Source of the DNA: Hemiscyllium ocellatum
Lineage: Eukaryota
Assembly: GCF_020745735.1 (NCBI RefSeq)
Contig: NC_083424.1
Coordinates: 27,638,999 to 27,702,998, forward strand
Direction: 5' to 3'
Length of the DNA: 64,000 nt
Made by a program: the position numbers and the translations under genes. Shown here in pieces: positions 25,801 to 38,400 of the stretch. The notes under the pieces are model-generated. The model worked only from the letters and a program-made list of their open reading frames with translations. It made no database searches and was not told where the DNA came from. Position 1 is the first letter of the stretch. Each line of letters opens with the position of its first letter.

Positions 25801-28800
25801 GATGGAAGGTTTCAACACTCAACACCAGCATCCCCCAAGATGACGGCATCGCTCTGACAGACTCGGTACTCCATACCAACAACCGCCAATTTCTGAGCAC
25901 CGTCCTACAACTCATCCGCTTCATCCTCGACCATAATCTTTTTGCCTTTGACAACCAGTTCTTCTTCCAGATATACACAACAACCATGGGGACTAAATTT
26001 ACACCCCAAATGCCAACATTTTCATGCACAAGTTTGAACAAGACTTCTTTGCTGCACAGGACCTCCAACCAGCACTATATGCCAGACATATTGATGACAT
26101 TTTCTTCCTTTGGATCCATGGCAAGGAGTGACTGGAATAACTGCACAGTGATATCAAGAAGTTTCATTCCATCATCAGACTTCCCATGGACTACTCTTCA
26201 ATATCTGTCTCATTCTTGAATACACATCTCCATCAAGGCTGGGCACCTCAATGCCTCACACGACTGCAAACCCACAGATAACCTCACGATGCTTCCACCC
26301 TAAACCAGTTTTAAAATTGAGACACAGCGAGACTCTAACCTGACACCTTTTAATATGTTATCTGAGCTGAAATGTCACTTAGTTTTATTTTAAATAATCT
26401 CGAATCTGACTGGACAAAAGTTCTGGGATTTAATAATAATGAAGTAAAACCATTCTAAAAGATGACTTAACAGCGATCTAGATTTGTTCAATGTATCACT
26501 TCTTCAATTGCATGACACTGTTTTGCTATCAATTCTGTGTTCTATGATCCAGCCCCACTAGTTACCTGATGAAGGAGCAGTGCTCTGAAAGTTGTACTTC
26601 CAAATAAAGCTGTTGGACGATAACCCCATAGTGGTTAGCACTGCTGCCTCACAGCGCCAGAGACCCGGGTTCAATTCCCGCCTCAGGCGACTGACTGTGT
26701 GGAGTTCGTACGTTCTCCCTGTGCCTGCGTGGGTTTCTTCCGGGTGCTCCGGTTTCCTCCCACAGTCCAAAGATGTGCTGGTCAGGTGAATTGGCCATGC
26801 TAAATTGCCCGTAGTGTTAGGTAAGGGGTAAATGTAGGGGTATGGGTGGGTTGCGCTTCGGCGGGTCGGTGTGGAGTTGTTGGGCCAAAGGGCCTGTTTC
26901 CACACTAAGTAATCTAATCTAATCAATCTAAAAAAACCTGGTGTTGAGATTTTTAACTGGCCATCCCAGTCCAACACCAGCATCTCCACATCATAAATAA
27001 AGTATAACAGTGACATATATACTGTCTGAATTATGTCTCTATTGCTTAGTTTGTATTTTTACATTGTTTATGTGGACCTCTTGATCAACTGACACCCTTC
27101 TGGTCTCATAGGTGCCATTTAATAAAAAGTTTGCTCTATTTCATGTAATTTATTATAAACTTAGAATTTTGGCTTTTCAGTTAGTAACTTGTGGCTTTTG
27201 TGTTTTGTGTTTAATAATTAACTTGTAGTATTTCTGTGGCCATGCTGATTACTTTTAAAACAGGTTTGGGAGCATGGCTTGAAGTGAATGGATTTGGTGG
27301 AAAAATAATAGACCTTTTTTGTTTTGCAACTCAGCAAGGTAAATAATGGGACTCCAAGTTTGTTATAGATCCTGAGAAATTTCTTAGTTTTAAGAGAGTT
27401 TTAGTTTGAGTTTTGAGCAGTCTGACAAAGTCCTTGGAATAAGAGACTCTGAAGACCAGTGTTCCTGAGAAGGGAAGGATATATGATGTAGTAGGTTGCC
27501 TAAAGCTGAGCATGTTTAAGCAGGTGTATGATAGCTTCTTCCTGTAGTTACAGTCACAAATAACTTACGAAGGACCTGTTCCTGTGCCACACTGACATAA
27601 ACCAGCCTAGGTGTTGTATGCAGGAATTTTGGTGTGAGTCTTGAATGGACTATTTTTTTGTACGGGTGTATTTTGATTTGTTTTCAAATTTATAGTGGAG
27701 TGTTTTGTGATAAGTGGCATTATAATTTAATGATCTTTGCTTTATTTTATCTCCATTTCTTCTGATAATTCTGCTATGTTATTAAAACAAATTTTGCAGC
27801 ATTCCACGCTTTTGTTTCAGTGGACCACTTTGTTAAAATCAAAACAAATCAATATATGATTTCAATATGTGGCTGTCAAGACATCCCAGTCTGTCTGGGA
27901 TCTGACTTGTTTGTCAATACTACCACCATCCCCTCCATTCCCTTTAGAGGGGCAGTTTTAAAAATTCACTGTGACACTGAAATCACTCATCTGGTGGATT
28001 TCATGGAAAACTTCTTTGTCTTTGTTGCTCTATGATTTAAAGTGCAATATCTCGTGCACTTCATCACAATTTTTCTGTTAATTCATGTTTATCTTGTTAA
28101 TTTTAGATGTTCAAGTACAAGGTGAATATTATTTACCACTTGCTCTGTTGACTTTTATACAGTGAACTTTCTTCTGCTTGTTTAAAATTCTGGAGTCTTT
28201 TTGTTTAGGAAATAACTGGGATTTCCAGTAACAATTTTTAGCTACTTTAAACAAAAGGTGACTGGTATTTAACTGGATCTTAACCAGATTTGGGGTCTGG
28301 TCTAGGATGTTAATGTTTATAAATGATGGTATAAATCTGACATTTATTGTAAAATGTGCAGACGTGTTAACATTTGTACTTTTTTTTAGTTTGTATCAGG
28401 TGTTATGGCAGCACTCAGTGCTATGGTGTCTCTGGAAATTCCTCAGGTCAACATCATGACAAAAATGGATTTACTTAACAAAAAAGCAAAAAAAGAAATT
28501 GAAAAGTAAGCACACCTTTGTTTGTATCTGATGGTCCTATTTTCACATAATGTAACACATTGCACTGTTCTTGTCCATACTTGCTGTATACCTTTTCAGA
28601 AATTGAGTTATGTTGACCATTTTTAGATTCTGTTTTGATTGACAACAGACTGCAAAAAATTATTTTTAAAATTTATAGTTCAATTATTGATGCAATTGTA
28701 GGCGTTTCTTGTGATGCTACATGCCCAAAGTAAATGCCCACATTTATATCATATGTAAAATTCATTTGAGCAACAATAAATTTGGAACTTTTTTTATTCA

Positions 28801-31800
28801 TTCATGGGATATGGGCATTGCTTGTCTAGAAAGTGATATACTTGGAATTATGTTTTGTAGGCTAGTGGAGATTGACATTAGGAGTATTCAAAATTCAGTT
28901 GTGTGCTGGACACTTTTCACAAATCAGCCTTTCCTTCACCTTGACACTTGTATGAACATACTTGAATAAAGGATTCATTTAAATTGTAGATACTGTTAAA
29001 ATATTACATACTTAAGGATGTGGGCATTTGTTTGGATACTTCCTGGATGGGGATTGGTAGTGGCTGGACAGAGACTCTCCATTGCTTTCTGGTAGTGTTT
29101 TATTTTGTAATTGCTGTGATGCCTGCAAAATATTCTCTTTTTTTTCCCTTTTCTGTCAGCATGCCCTTCCCAGTATAGAGTACACAATATGGACTTGGGT
29201 TGAAAAATGTGTTGCTGGAAAAGCGCAGCAGGTCAGGCAGCATCAAAGGAGCAGGAGAATCGACGTTTCGGGCATAAGCCCTTCTTCAGGAAGAAGAATA
29301 AACCCTAAAGAAGGGCTTATGTCCAAAACGTCAATTCTCCTCCTTTGATGCTGCCTGACCTGCTGCGCTTTTCCAGCAACACAGTTTTCAGCTCTGATCT
29401 CCAGCATCTGCAGTCCTCACTTTCTCCTTGTTGGGCTTGGGGCAGTATTGGGATCAAACTGTGAGATTTTCCTGTCTTAAAATAAGTTCAAAAACTGCCA
29501 TGCTGATGGGCAAATAACAAGGAGGTACTTTTTGTTTATATATACATGTATGATGGGGCATTATCCTATTGGAGAGCATTTGCAGTAATTTGTTCTTAGT
29601 TATCCTAATGGAGTAGTTTGCACATTTTTTTTCTGACAAAGTATTTTACATTTTTGCATGTTTGAGGGCTTTTTTTTATAGATATTTTTATTGGGAATTT
29701 AACATTTTGACAAATTTACAAAAATAAGCAGAATTTTCAAGCACAAACATTAATATAAAAATAGATCTTAAATATATAATCATCAAAATTCAACTAATCC
29801 ACAATCATCCAGAGTGTATAGTTGAGTCGCTTACATCCTTCAAATAAGAGAAAATGTTCTCTAATACACTCATAACTGTATGATTAAAAGGAAGCTATTT
29901 CCAAACAATAAGAACAAACAAAAAAAAATTAAACATGTTTGAATGGAGATCTTCCCCCTTGAGGGCATTTTTAATGAAGGAAGTGTTACCTTCAAATGAT
30001 TTGCTTTTTACAATACTTGTGATATTTTCAAAGAAAAGACATGCATTTATGTCTCACCTTCTAAATCATTAGAACTCGAGTGTTTTAAATGCATTATTTG
30101 TAATGCAGGAAACCATTTAATTGGTAACTGGTAAGGTCCCACTAACAGTAATGTGAAAATAACCAATGAGTTTATATTTTAGTCTTGTTGATTGAAAAAT
30201 AATTTTTTCTAGGAGTTTGGAGAATTTGAGGTGGAGACAGGCCATCAGCATAATATCTTCTCCAAAAGGTGGCACTAGTGTGTTATTTTGATATCGTGCT
30301 CAAGTCTGTGGCATGGGCTAATACCTTATGACTTTGTATAGTTTGCAGTGTCATCCCTGGAATGTAATTCCCAACTATAACACAGGGCAATCGGAAACAA
30401 TCTGGGGTTGCTTCAGGTCATAAAATGCTAAAATTGTTTTCAGTTTCTAGTGTAGACTTCTTAAAACAACAAAGGTACTATAATTTGAAGATTCACTTTA
30501 TAAAACACTATCAAGATGGATTTTTTTTACATGTTTTGAGTTTTTATGTCGGTAATATTTCCTGATGTTCTTTCATTTAAAGGTATTTAGACCCTGATAT
30601 GTATTCATTGATGCAAGACTCTACTGAGACTTGGAAAAGCAAGAAATTCAAAAAGCTAACCAAAGCAATTTGTGAATTGGTAAGAATTGTACCATACTCA
30701 ACGAAGCTAAGTTCTCATTAACATCAAAAATTCTCTATTTAAATTAACTGGTCTCAGAATAAAAAATCCTATATACAGTCATTTTGTTTGTGCAAATAAA
30801 TATTCTATGTAGCATTAGTAAAACATTAACCGGAATGAAGGTTAGTATTACCAGAGAAAGTTGAGAGAAGATTTAATAAGTGATCAAAATGATGGACGTT
30901 TTAATGGAGTAAATAAGGGGAACTATTTCCATTGGCTGAGTTTCAATAATTGGAGGATGGAGATGTAAAATCACTGCTGATTAGGACTGTGTTGCTGCAG
31001 CAAATTGAACATACACTTTCTGTAAAGCCAATGGTTATTGTACTGCAGTTATCATTTTTATTGAGGGTCACGGCAAAGCAGTGCATGGAGAGTTGCAAGA
31101 AAGGTTTGGGTGCTGTCTGTGACTTTTATACAACGTGGAAACAGACCTTTCAGTCCAACTAGTCCACGTTGACCATGTTCCCAAAGTAAACTAGGCTCAC
31201 TTGCCTGAATTTGACCCATATGCCTCTCAACCTTTCCTATTCATGTACTTATCTAAATGTCTTTTAAATGTTGTAACTGTACGTACATTCACCACTTCCT
31301 CTGGTAGTTCATTCGCCACAAAATGTTGCCTGTCATGTCCTTTTTAAAACTTTCTCCCCTCTCCTTAAATATATGGCCTCCAGTTTTGAATCTACCAACC
31401 TAGGGGAAAGAGCCTAGCTATTCACCTTATCTATGTCCCTCATGATTTTGTAATCCTCTATACGGTCACTCCTCAATTTCCTACACCCCATAAGAAATGT
31501 CCCGGTCTATTTTTATAACTCAAACCCTCCATTCCCAGAAACATGCTGGTAAATATTTTCTGAATCTTCTCCAGTTTAATAATATCCTTCCCAGTGTAGG
31601 ACAACCAGAGCCGTGCACAGTACTCTAGAAGAGGGTTCACCAACATCATACCACTACTATTATTTCCAAGCAAACTGGAGACACAGTATAGACATGCCAT
31701 GACTATAAAATTTCAAGCCAATTTAATGAAAAAAAACCAAGGTACTAATGAGAATCCAGTGTTGATTTTAAACTGAGCTTTTCTTAAATGTCAGTATTTT

Positions 31801-33191
31801 GAACTTTCTGAAAATAACTCAAAGTACTAGTGTTTTTTTTCTCTAAGAACATACCACTTTTGCATATTGTTTCTTATAATGTATTACTAAATAATGGTCA
31901 AATGCTATTCTGAAAATCCTCTAGTGAAAATTATATTTATGGTTACACATTGTCAAAATGGTGCTATTAAAACATTTGATAATGAGTGTCAACAATTGTC
32001 TTTTAAGGTTGATGACTACAGCATGGTTCGATTTTTGCCTTTTGATCGTTCAGATGAAGAATGTATTAACATAGTCTTGCAGCATATTGACTTTTCCATT
32101 CAGTATGGAGAGGATTTTGAAGTCAAAGAACCAAAGGTGAGTGATACATGACTTCTTTGTATAGGAATTTTCCGGTGATACTGTTTTCCCCCAACACCAA
32201 TTCTCACTCAGTTTAATGATAGGATTCCTCTAAGATGAATGTATTCCATGACTGATTAGTGACACGTTAAAGTAATTTAAGCATGATGTCATCTTTTATT
32301 CCTTATTCACCAAACTGACCAAGAACTAGATTCACTAATTCCACCACAGCAGATTGAAATTGGTTTTAATTGCCAGATCTGTGATTCAGTCTGTGGCTTG
32401 AAAGCCAAGTATGTAATAATAATATCAAATTTCAGCTACAATACCTCTTAAAATTGAATAATCTGCACATGTGTACTGTGTAGGGTTACATAAAGAATAC
32501 GTACGGGAATGAAATACTATAGGGTTCATGACTCCTATGGAATCCCAAGTTGAGTTCATGCTTTTTAGGACAGAGGAGGAAGCATTTAATTTTCTGCAGA
32601 TAATTATGCTGTAACCATGTAAGGTGATATAATACTATAAATGAGTACCTGGCTTTAATGTATTCTCTTTTTCAGCTTTTATTTTGTTTTTCTTTGGTTA
32701 TCTTTGGAACTCAAAACAAAACGGAATTAACTTACTATAAAGATACACTTACTATTTAAGATTTAGTTGAGTTACTTTGCTGCGTAATATATATTAAGAC
32801 TTTTAACAATTATTTCAAGGTATGCAGGTGAGGTCATCAGTTTTTTCCCTCCTTAATTGTCCTTGAGATATGTAACCTGTTCAGTTATAAAGATCTGCTG
32901 AAGTTGCTGGAGAAACTCAGCAGGTCTATCAGCATCTGTAAAGAGAGAGAAGCGTTAACATTTTGGGTCCAGTGTCCCTTCTTCCCTGCTTTCTCTCTAC
33001 AGATGCTGCTAGACCTGAGTTGTTCCAGCAATTTCTGCAGTTCTTTGGGTTTTTTTTAAAATTTCAGTTTTTCAGAACTTGTTTGCACAGTTACATTTAC
33101 CATTGGCTCCTTTTATTTACAGGAACAAGACGACAACACTGAAGATCCCAGTGCAAGTGAGCAGTTTTTCCAAGGTTCAGTCGCAGACTGA
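19813..33191 (+). CDS. GPN3: GPN-loop GTPase 3, complete spliced gene: join(19813-19860,21703-21811,22978-23145,24475-24599,28390-28505,30583-30679,32008-32136,33123-33191), 286 aa
   Basis: Hand-spliced exons total 861 nt with all GT-AG junctions. Protein: [22 protein letters not shown]...VVNLDPAAE...FGPNGGL (GPN loop)...[12 protein letters not shown]...[12 protein letters not shown], close to the recalled human GPN3 sequence. Confidence 0.98.
20925..21663 (+). mobile_element. Two HE1-family SINEs in GPN3 intron 1 (about 20925-21272 and 21363-21663)
   Basis: tRNA-like heads, central domain, and tails (ttctatga)n and (taatc)n respectively. Confidence 0.88.
21703..21811 (+). CDS. GPN3: GPN3 coding exon 2 ([36 protein letters not shown])
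   Basis: tttcag| acceptor; G|gtgagt donor. Confidence 0.97.
22978..23145 (+). CDS. GPN3: GPN3 coding exon 3 ([31 protein letters not shown]...FDCP)
   Basis: ttggtag| acceptor; CAG|gtgggt donor; contains the GPN motif. Confidence 0.97.
23228..23445. mobile_element. Inverted-repeat Penelope-end mini-element, GPN3 intron 3
   Basis: Arms gattagagtggtgctgg...caaggagcagg and cctgctccttgg...ccagcaccactctaatc; degenerate hammerhead (GGGCTTTTGCCCGAAACATC). Confidence 0.7.
24475..24599 (+). CDS. GPN3: GPN3 coding exon 4 ([42 protein letters not shown])
   Basis: ttacag| acceptor; AAG|gtaatc donor. Confidence 0.97.
24844..24975 (+). mobile_element. Penelope-end mini-element (degenerate hammerhead) with 14-bp TSD
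   Basis: ctgtaaataaagta at 24830-24843 and 24976-24989; same gatgctgcctgacc...ccagcatctgcagtcc terminus as the other copies. Confidence 0.75.
25010..26992 (+). mobile_element. Degenerate Penelope-like retroelement (RT plus hammerhead-bearing terminus), split by an HE1 SINE
   Basis: Frameshifted RT motifs [11 protein letters not shown]...[21 protein letters not shown] and (H)IDDIFFLW; CTGATGAAGGAGCAGTGCTCTGAAA at 26566. Confidence 0.8.
26630..26930 (+). mobile_element. HE1 SINE inserted in the Penelope terminus
   Basis: Near-full-length HE1; the host sequence gttggac(t)ataacc|tggtgttg resumes after the tail. Confidence 0.9.
27240..27930 (+). mobile_element. Possible solo LTR remnant
   Basis: Non-coding block ending gtctgggatctgacttg...taccaccatc, resembling LTR ends I recall from shark genomes; termini and TSD not resolved. 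Confidence 0.3.
28390..28505 (+). CDS. GPN3: GPN3 coding exon 5 ([38 protein letters not shown])
   Basis: tttttag| acceptor; AA|gtaagc donor. Confidence 0.97.
29262..29289 (-). ncRNA. Minimal hammerhead motif inside an inverted-repeat mini-element (about 29200-29428), GPN3 intron 5
   Basis: Minus strand reads CTGAAGA-A-GGGC-TTAT-GCCC-GAAA-CG-TC. The plus-strand partner copy is degenerate (CTAAAGA...CAAAACGTC). Confidence 0.7.
30035..30340 (-). mobile_element. Old Deu-domain-like SINE remnant (SacSINE1/AmnSINE1-like)
   Basis: Degraded matches to the recalled consensus (tgcattta..., tgtaatgcaggaaa, aaggtcccac.aacag, gtgctcaagtct). Confidence 0.4.
30583..30679 (+). CDS. GPN3: GPN3 coding exon 6 ([33 protein letters not shown])
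   Basis: tttaaag| acceptor; TTG|gtaaga donor; phase matches exon 5. Confidence 0.96.
31075..31645 (-). mobile_element. CR1 3' fragment in GPN3 intron 6
   Basis: [16 protein letters not shown]...KLEKIQK plus 3' UTR. Confidence 0.75.
32008..32136 (+). CDS. GPN3: GPN3 coding exon 7 ([43 protein letters not shown])
   Basis: ttttaag| acceptor; AAG|gtgagt donor. Confidence 0.97.
33123..33191 (+). CDS. GPN3: GPN3 last coding exon ([22 protein letters not shown])
   Basis: ttatttacag| acceptor; short acidic tail like the GPN3 C-terminus; TGA at 33189-33191. Confidence 0.88.
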   Translation, partial: EQDDNTEDPSASEQFFQGSVAD

Positions 33192-33736
33192 AGTTCCTAG
33201 ACGTAGCTGAATGTTTGGTCCAGTTAAACATTTGGTATTTTCAGAAGCCTTCTACTTGGATTCCCCCAACGCTCTGCCTTTCCAATAATTTCTAATAAGA
33301 GGCAATTTAGGAATCTTGTTTGGCAACTCAACTTATTTGCACCATATCTTATGGAGAAGAGCTCAAATTCTTAAACTGATTTTACACATATAAAGAAAAT
33401 ATTATTGTTTGAGCTTGCTAAATAATTATGTGCAGTTAACTTAAAACAAAACTTAAACTCCTGAGGATACTTGTTCTATTTAAGGTACAAAAAAGTTTTG
33501 TTGATACTCAGCAAGAATATTGGGAACTTTTTTTTAATTTCAGGTAGTAACTTTAAAGGCCTGCACTTTTAAAAATATTATTTGTTGCAAACTGTGAGAA
33601 GGACAGATTTCCACTTTCCTTAAAATCAGAAAATGTGCAACAAAGTATGAGTTTTTCTTAAGAATGTTAGAGTAGATTAATTTTGACAGCCCACAACATG
33701 AATAATTATCAGGAATTTTACACTCTATAGCAAGGA

Positions 33737-34052
33737 GCAGCACGGTGGCACAGTGGTTAGCACTGCTGCCTCACAGCGCCAGGGACCTGGGTTCAATTCC
33801 CGCATCAGGCGACTGACTGTGTGGAGTTTGCACGTTCTCCCTGTGTCTGCGTGGGTTTCCTCCGGGTGCTCCGGTTTCCTCCCACAGTCACAAAGATGTG
33901 CAGGTCAGGTGAATTGGCCATGCTAAATTGCCCGTAGTGTTAGGTAAGGGGTAAATGTAGGGGTATGGGTGGGTTGCGCTTCGGCAGGTCGGTGTGGACT
34001 TGTTGGGCCGAAGGGCCTGTTTCCACACTGTAAAGTAATCTAATCTAATCTA
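33737..34052 (+). mobile_element. HE1 SINE (tRNA-derived V-SINE), full length
   Basis: Box A GTGGCACAGTGG, box B GGTTCAATTCC, central ctgtgtggagtttgcacgttctcc, a tail resembling the CR1 3' UTR, and (taatc)n. Confidence 0.92.
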
Positions 34053-37000
34053 TTATTTTGGAAGTAAAGACATTACTTCCATCTGACAGGAACAGCTTAT
34101 AAATATGACTTTTAAAAAAATAATTCATGGAATATGAACATTGCTCATTTGTTGCTCATCTTTAATTGCCATGGGGAAGGTGGTAGTGAGCTGACTTCAT
34201 AAACCATTTCAGTCCATTGGGTTAGGGACATGCTCAGTGCTGTTAGGAAGGGAGTTCGAAATATTGACGCAGTGGCAATGAAGGAATAGCAATATGCTTC
34301 CAAGTCACGTTTGGTGTTTGGCGTTAAGGGGTGCTTGCAGATGATGGTCTCCTATGTGACTGCTGCCTTTGTCCTTCTGGGTGTTGAGGTTGCAGGTTTA
34401 AAAGATGATATATCATAGCAGCTTTGATGAATTACTGCAATACATCTTGTAGATGCTAGATACTGCATCCACAGTACATGTAAGATAGTATGAGGTGCTA
34501 GTAAAGCAGGCTTTGTCCTTCATAGAGGTTAACCACTTAGTTGTTGAAACTCAGTCATTCAGGAAAGTGAAGAGTATTCCATCATATACCTGACTTGTTC
34601 CTTGCAAGTGGTGGATAGCCTCCTGAGGAGTAAGGTGTTTGTTGAGTTTCCAATCTCTGGCCTTTCGCCGTAACAGTATTCATGTAACTGGTCTAGTTAA
34701 GTTTGTGGTCAGTAGTGACCCCCAGAGTGTTGATGTTGGGGGATTCAGAGATGGTAATACTGTTTAAAGTCAAGAAATGGTTGGATTCTCTGTCGGTAAT
34801 AATGGTTGTTGCCTGACACCTGTGTGAATGTTTTGACTGTTAACAGCCCAAATCTGAGTATGGTTCAGTCATCAGCAAAAATCCTCCCTTGTAACTTGAT
34901 AATAGAGGAAAACCTGGTTATGAAGCAGTTAAGAATTTGCAGGTCGAGGATAATACCCTGAGGATTTTGTGTATTGTGTGGCTGTAAACAATCATCATCA
35001 TTTTCCTTTTGTGCCAGGGATAATTCAAGTCAGTTGTTTGAATGGATTTAAGTTTCTTTAATGCTGTCCTCATGGTGATATTTGGAGAACATAGCTGTGC
35101 CATGTAGTCCTGTACTCATTACAAAAATCACGTTCTTGCAGCTAGGTTCTTGAGCCACTTTTGTAGTATAAAATGATCTGGCTTTACTCGATGATGTTCC
35201 AGAGAGTTAAAGACAGCTGAGATATGGTCTCCATGTCTGTGCTCATTCACAGGGAGTTGCCTCCGTCTTCAAGAAGATGAACTAATGCCCTGAAATGGTC
35301 GTCTGGTTGGAAATCTATGAAAGCATATTCCAAGATATTTCCCACTTAAGTCTATGCAACTACCTGGCATTTGTCACTCAGTTAATAGAGACCAACATAA
35401 TGGGATTTTATTCCGTAAGTCGCATACAAGATATCTGTTAAACTTCTAAAGCAAAAGCTAAACAATGAACTCAGTCAAAAATAAATCCAAGCGGATGAAG
35501 GTTGTGACTATGTTTATAGAAAGTTAAAATAACTGCAGGCATATATATGTATATATATTTTTATACATATAAAAGTTCCAGTTTAAGTTCAGACTTAAAA
35601 GTTGGCATAAAACTAATTTTAAACAGGCTATCAAAAGATATGTATCACTGGTGACTAAATGTAGTTAAGGTAGAGATCAGCAATGACCAACTTAATGTTG
35701 AAAAAGGCTGCAAGTGTTAGTTTAGCCTATTTCTATATCTTCACACACAATTCAGACATTATGCAAATTATTTTGGATTTCATGGAAAGAAAAGCTTAAT
35801 TTGCTGCTTCTGTTCACGCAACAGGTTTCAAATGTAGCATCGCCACCCCTTAGCACATGCATTTTGACAGTCATCTAAAAGGAAGTAGTTTCTATTTCAC
35901 CTGTAAAAATGTGGAATAAATTTGTTTTGTTACCACCTGAAACAAGTTTTACAATTAGAAAGTTTACACTGCTTATATAATAAGAGCCACCATGTGATCC
36001 AGTGGGAATGTCCCTACCTCCTGTCTGAGGGGCCTGGATTAGAGTCCCATTTGCTCCGGATGTGTGTAATAACTTCTGAATGTTCAAAAAATGTGTTAAA
36101 GAAAAAGCTAATTACTCCATGTAGTTTCATATCTCAACCTGACGGATGGGCACTTAAATGTCTCTCAATTTTGGCTGGATTGTGGAAAGCATTCTTTCCA
36201 TCCACACAGCTGTGTCTCCTGGGTTATGAAAGTTCCATGAATTGCAAGTGCTTTCTTGACCAGTGAGCTGAGATATATCTGGGAAATAAATGGGAAAGAC
36301 AATTAAGGTAGAAAGAGGGACTCCTTTTCAATTGTTTTAAAAAATCAAAATACAAATCTTTCTATCTCAAACCTTGATGTTAAAATCTAATATTTTAGGT
36401 TTCTAGCTCTTACACAAATACACATGGGTCTGATTTGTTAAAGTATTGTAATTTTCATGAAAAATACAGATCACATCTATAATTTAAGTAACTAATTTGG
36501 AATGAAGCTAAATCTGTAAGACCTCAATTTGATGAAATTCAGAGTCTGAAACTGAATGTAATCAGATGCTGTTGATACACTGAGGAGTTAAGGATTAATG
36601 ATCAAACTTCCTTTTATATTAGAGCAATAGGCTTTCAATATAAACAGAATGGCTTTGAAGTGCCAAGAGAGGAGAGCATGATTAGTCTCCTGCTTTGTGT
36701 GTCTGAGTGTAAAATGTAAGAAATGGTTATACAAAGCAATAAGTGAAAGTAATGACGTCAACCACAAGTGATTAAAGTTTAATTTTGGTGGTTACTGCAA
36801 TAAACATAGTTTGAAGAACTTATTAATTATAGCAGTGTGAAAGATAATGATTATTAAAGCCAATTGCCACTTTTTTATTTAAAAGAATCTAGAAAACAGT
36901 TGAATCAGAAAGTCTTGTTTTGAGAGTAGTAGTTTTGGAGTTTTTTAAAGAGTTTTTACATTAATAAACTGTTTTCAAAGGATTAAGAAACAGCAATGTC

Positions 37001-38227
37001 ATGAGTTCTTTTTATCTGTATCTTGACTTGATTTATTATTGTCACATACAATACAATGGAAAGTACTGTTTTGTGCACTAACCATGTAGGAAAAATATGA
37101 TTAATGAACTAAAGGAGCAAGGCTTTTAACATTTCTTCAGAGGGCTTAAAATTAAAAGCCTTTTATTTACCTGAACTACACTAAATATGAGTATAGCTTG
37201 TTCCAGTATCAATAGTTCGTGATTACTCAAGATGTATTCTTGTGAACCAGGGAAAGAAGAAAGTTGACTGATGGTTGAATGTTAACAGGTGATATTCTCA
37301 TGATTATCTCTACCTCTTCCTTCTCCCGCTCCATGTTCCTTTTAAGCAAATCCACATGCTTTCAGTAAGTACGTTGTAATAAATGGATTTCCTTTAAAGC
37401 TCATTTTGAGACACATTTTTGGTTAAGTCTAACTAAGCACTATTTCTATCAAATGCTTGAAGCAGATTCTGTGCAGGCATTTAACTTGTAGTATATTGAG
37501 AGTATTTCAGAGGAATAGATAATAAAATGTCTTCAGGATAATGGTTCAAAATGAATATACTAGATGTATTTCCATAGTTTTGTTCAGCTTCCTGGATGAA
37601 CTTTATTATTGCACATCAGCAATTTACAATCTAGAAGACAGCACAACTAACACAATATCCAGCCTTGCAGAAATTAAATTCAATCATACAGAAAAAGAAA
37701 GTTTTAGATAACAAAGTTAATTAAATGACAACTTTCCAAAATAGTCAACAAGTACTATGAAATCTTATTTAAAAAACAAAGGATACATTTAAATAGTGTT
37801 CAGTCTTGAAGATATTCCAATAGAAACATTTAAGAGCTGAATTTAAGGGAAAGTATAGGCATATTAACATTATTAGTTATAAATTTGCTTTGACAGCCAA
37901 AATAAATCTTAATTTGGAATTTCATGATTTGGAACATTTGTATTTGTTATAATCTACTGACAAATTTAATATTAAATCCTGACTTTGTCCATGCACAGTG
38001 ACATGGTTACACATGGGGATGGAGCAGGCAGCTGTTAACTTGGTATGTGGAAGCCTCAAATTGCTAGTTCCACTGTTATTGGGTGGTATCCTGAAGCTGA
38101 CATCACAACTGATACCTCTTATTTTAAAAGTGAAAATTGAAGACTGCATTGGAGTGGATAACTGAAATAAGGTGATAATGTGATAACTATTGGTACAAGG
38201 GCTCCAAGGATGCTAAATATATTGTGG

Positions 38228-38400
38228 AGATGCTGATGTTGAACTAGAGTGGACTAAGTCAGAAGTCACACGACATTAGATTATAGTCCAACAAGTTTAA
38301 AAGCTTTCAGATTTTACCTGATGAAGGACCAGTGCTCTGAAAGCTTGTGATTTTACATAAACCAGTTGGACTATAACCTAGTGTCATGTGATTTCTGGCT
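38228..38400. mobile_element. Inverted-repeat Penelope-end mini-element (AGCT-loop family)
   Basis: Arms cagaagtcacacgac...tatagtccaac and gttggactata...gtgatttctg; CTGATGA-A-GGACC-AGT-GCTCT-GAAA-GC-TT at 38318-38346. Confidence 0.65.

Noticed and set aside
33737-33815. tRNA gene
   Set aside because: The tRNA-like A/B boxes run straight into the HE1 SINE body and tail; the same holds for the other copies.
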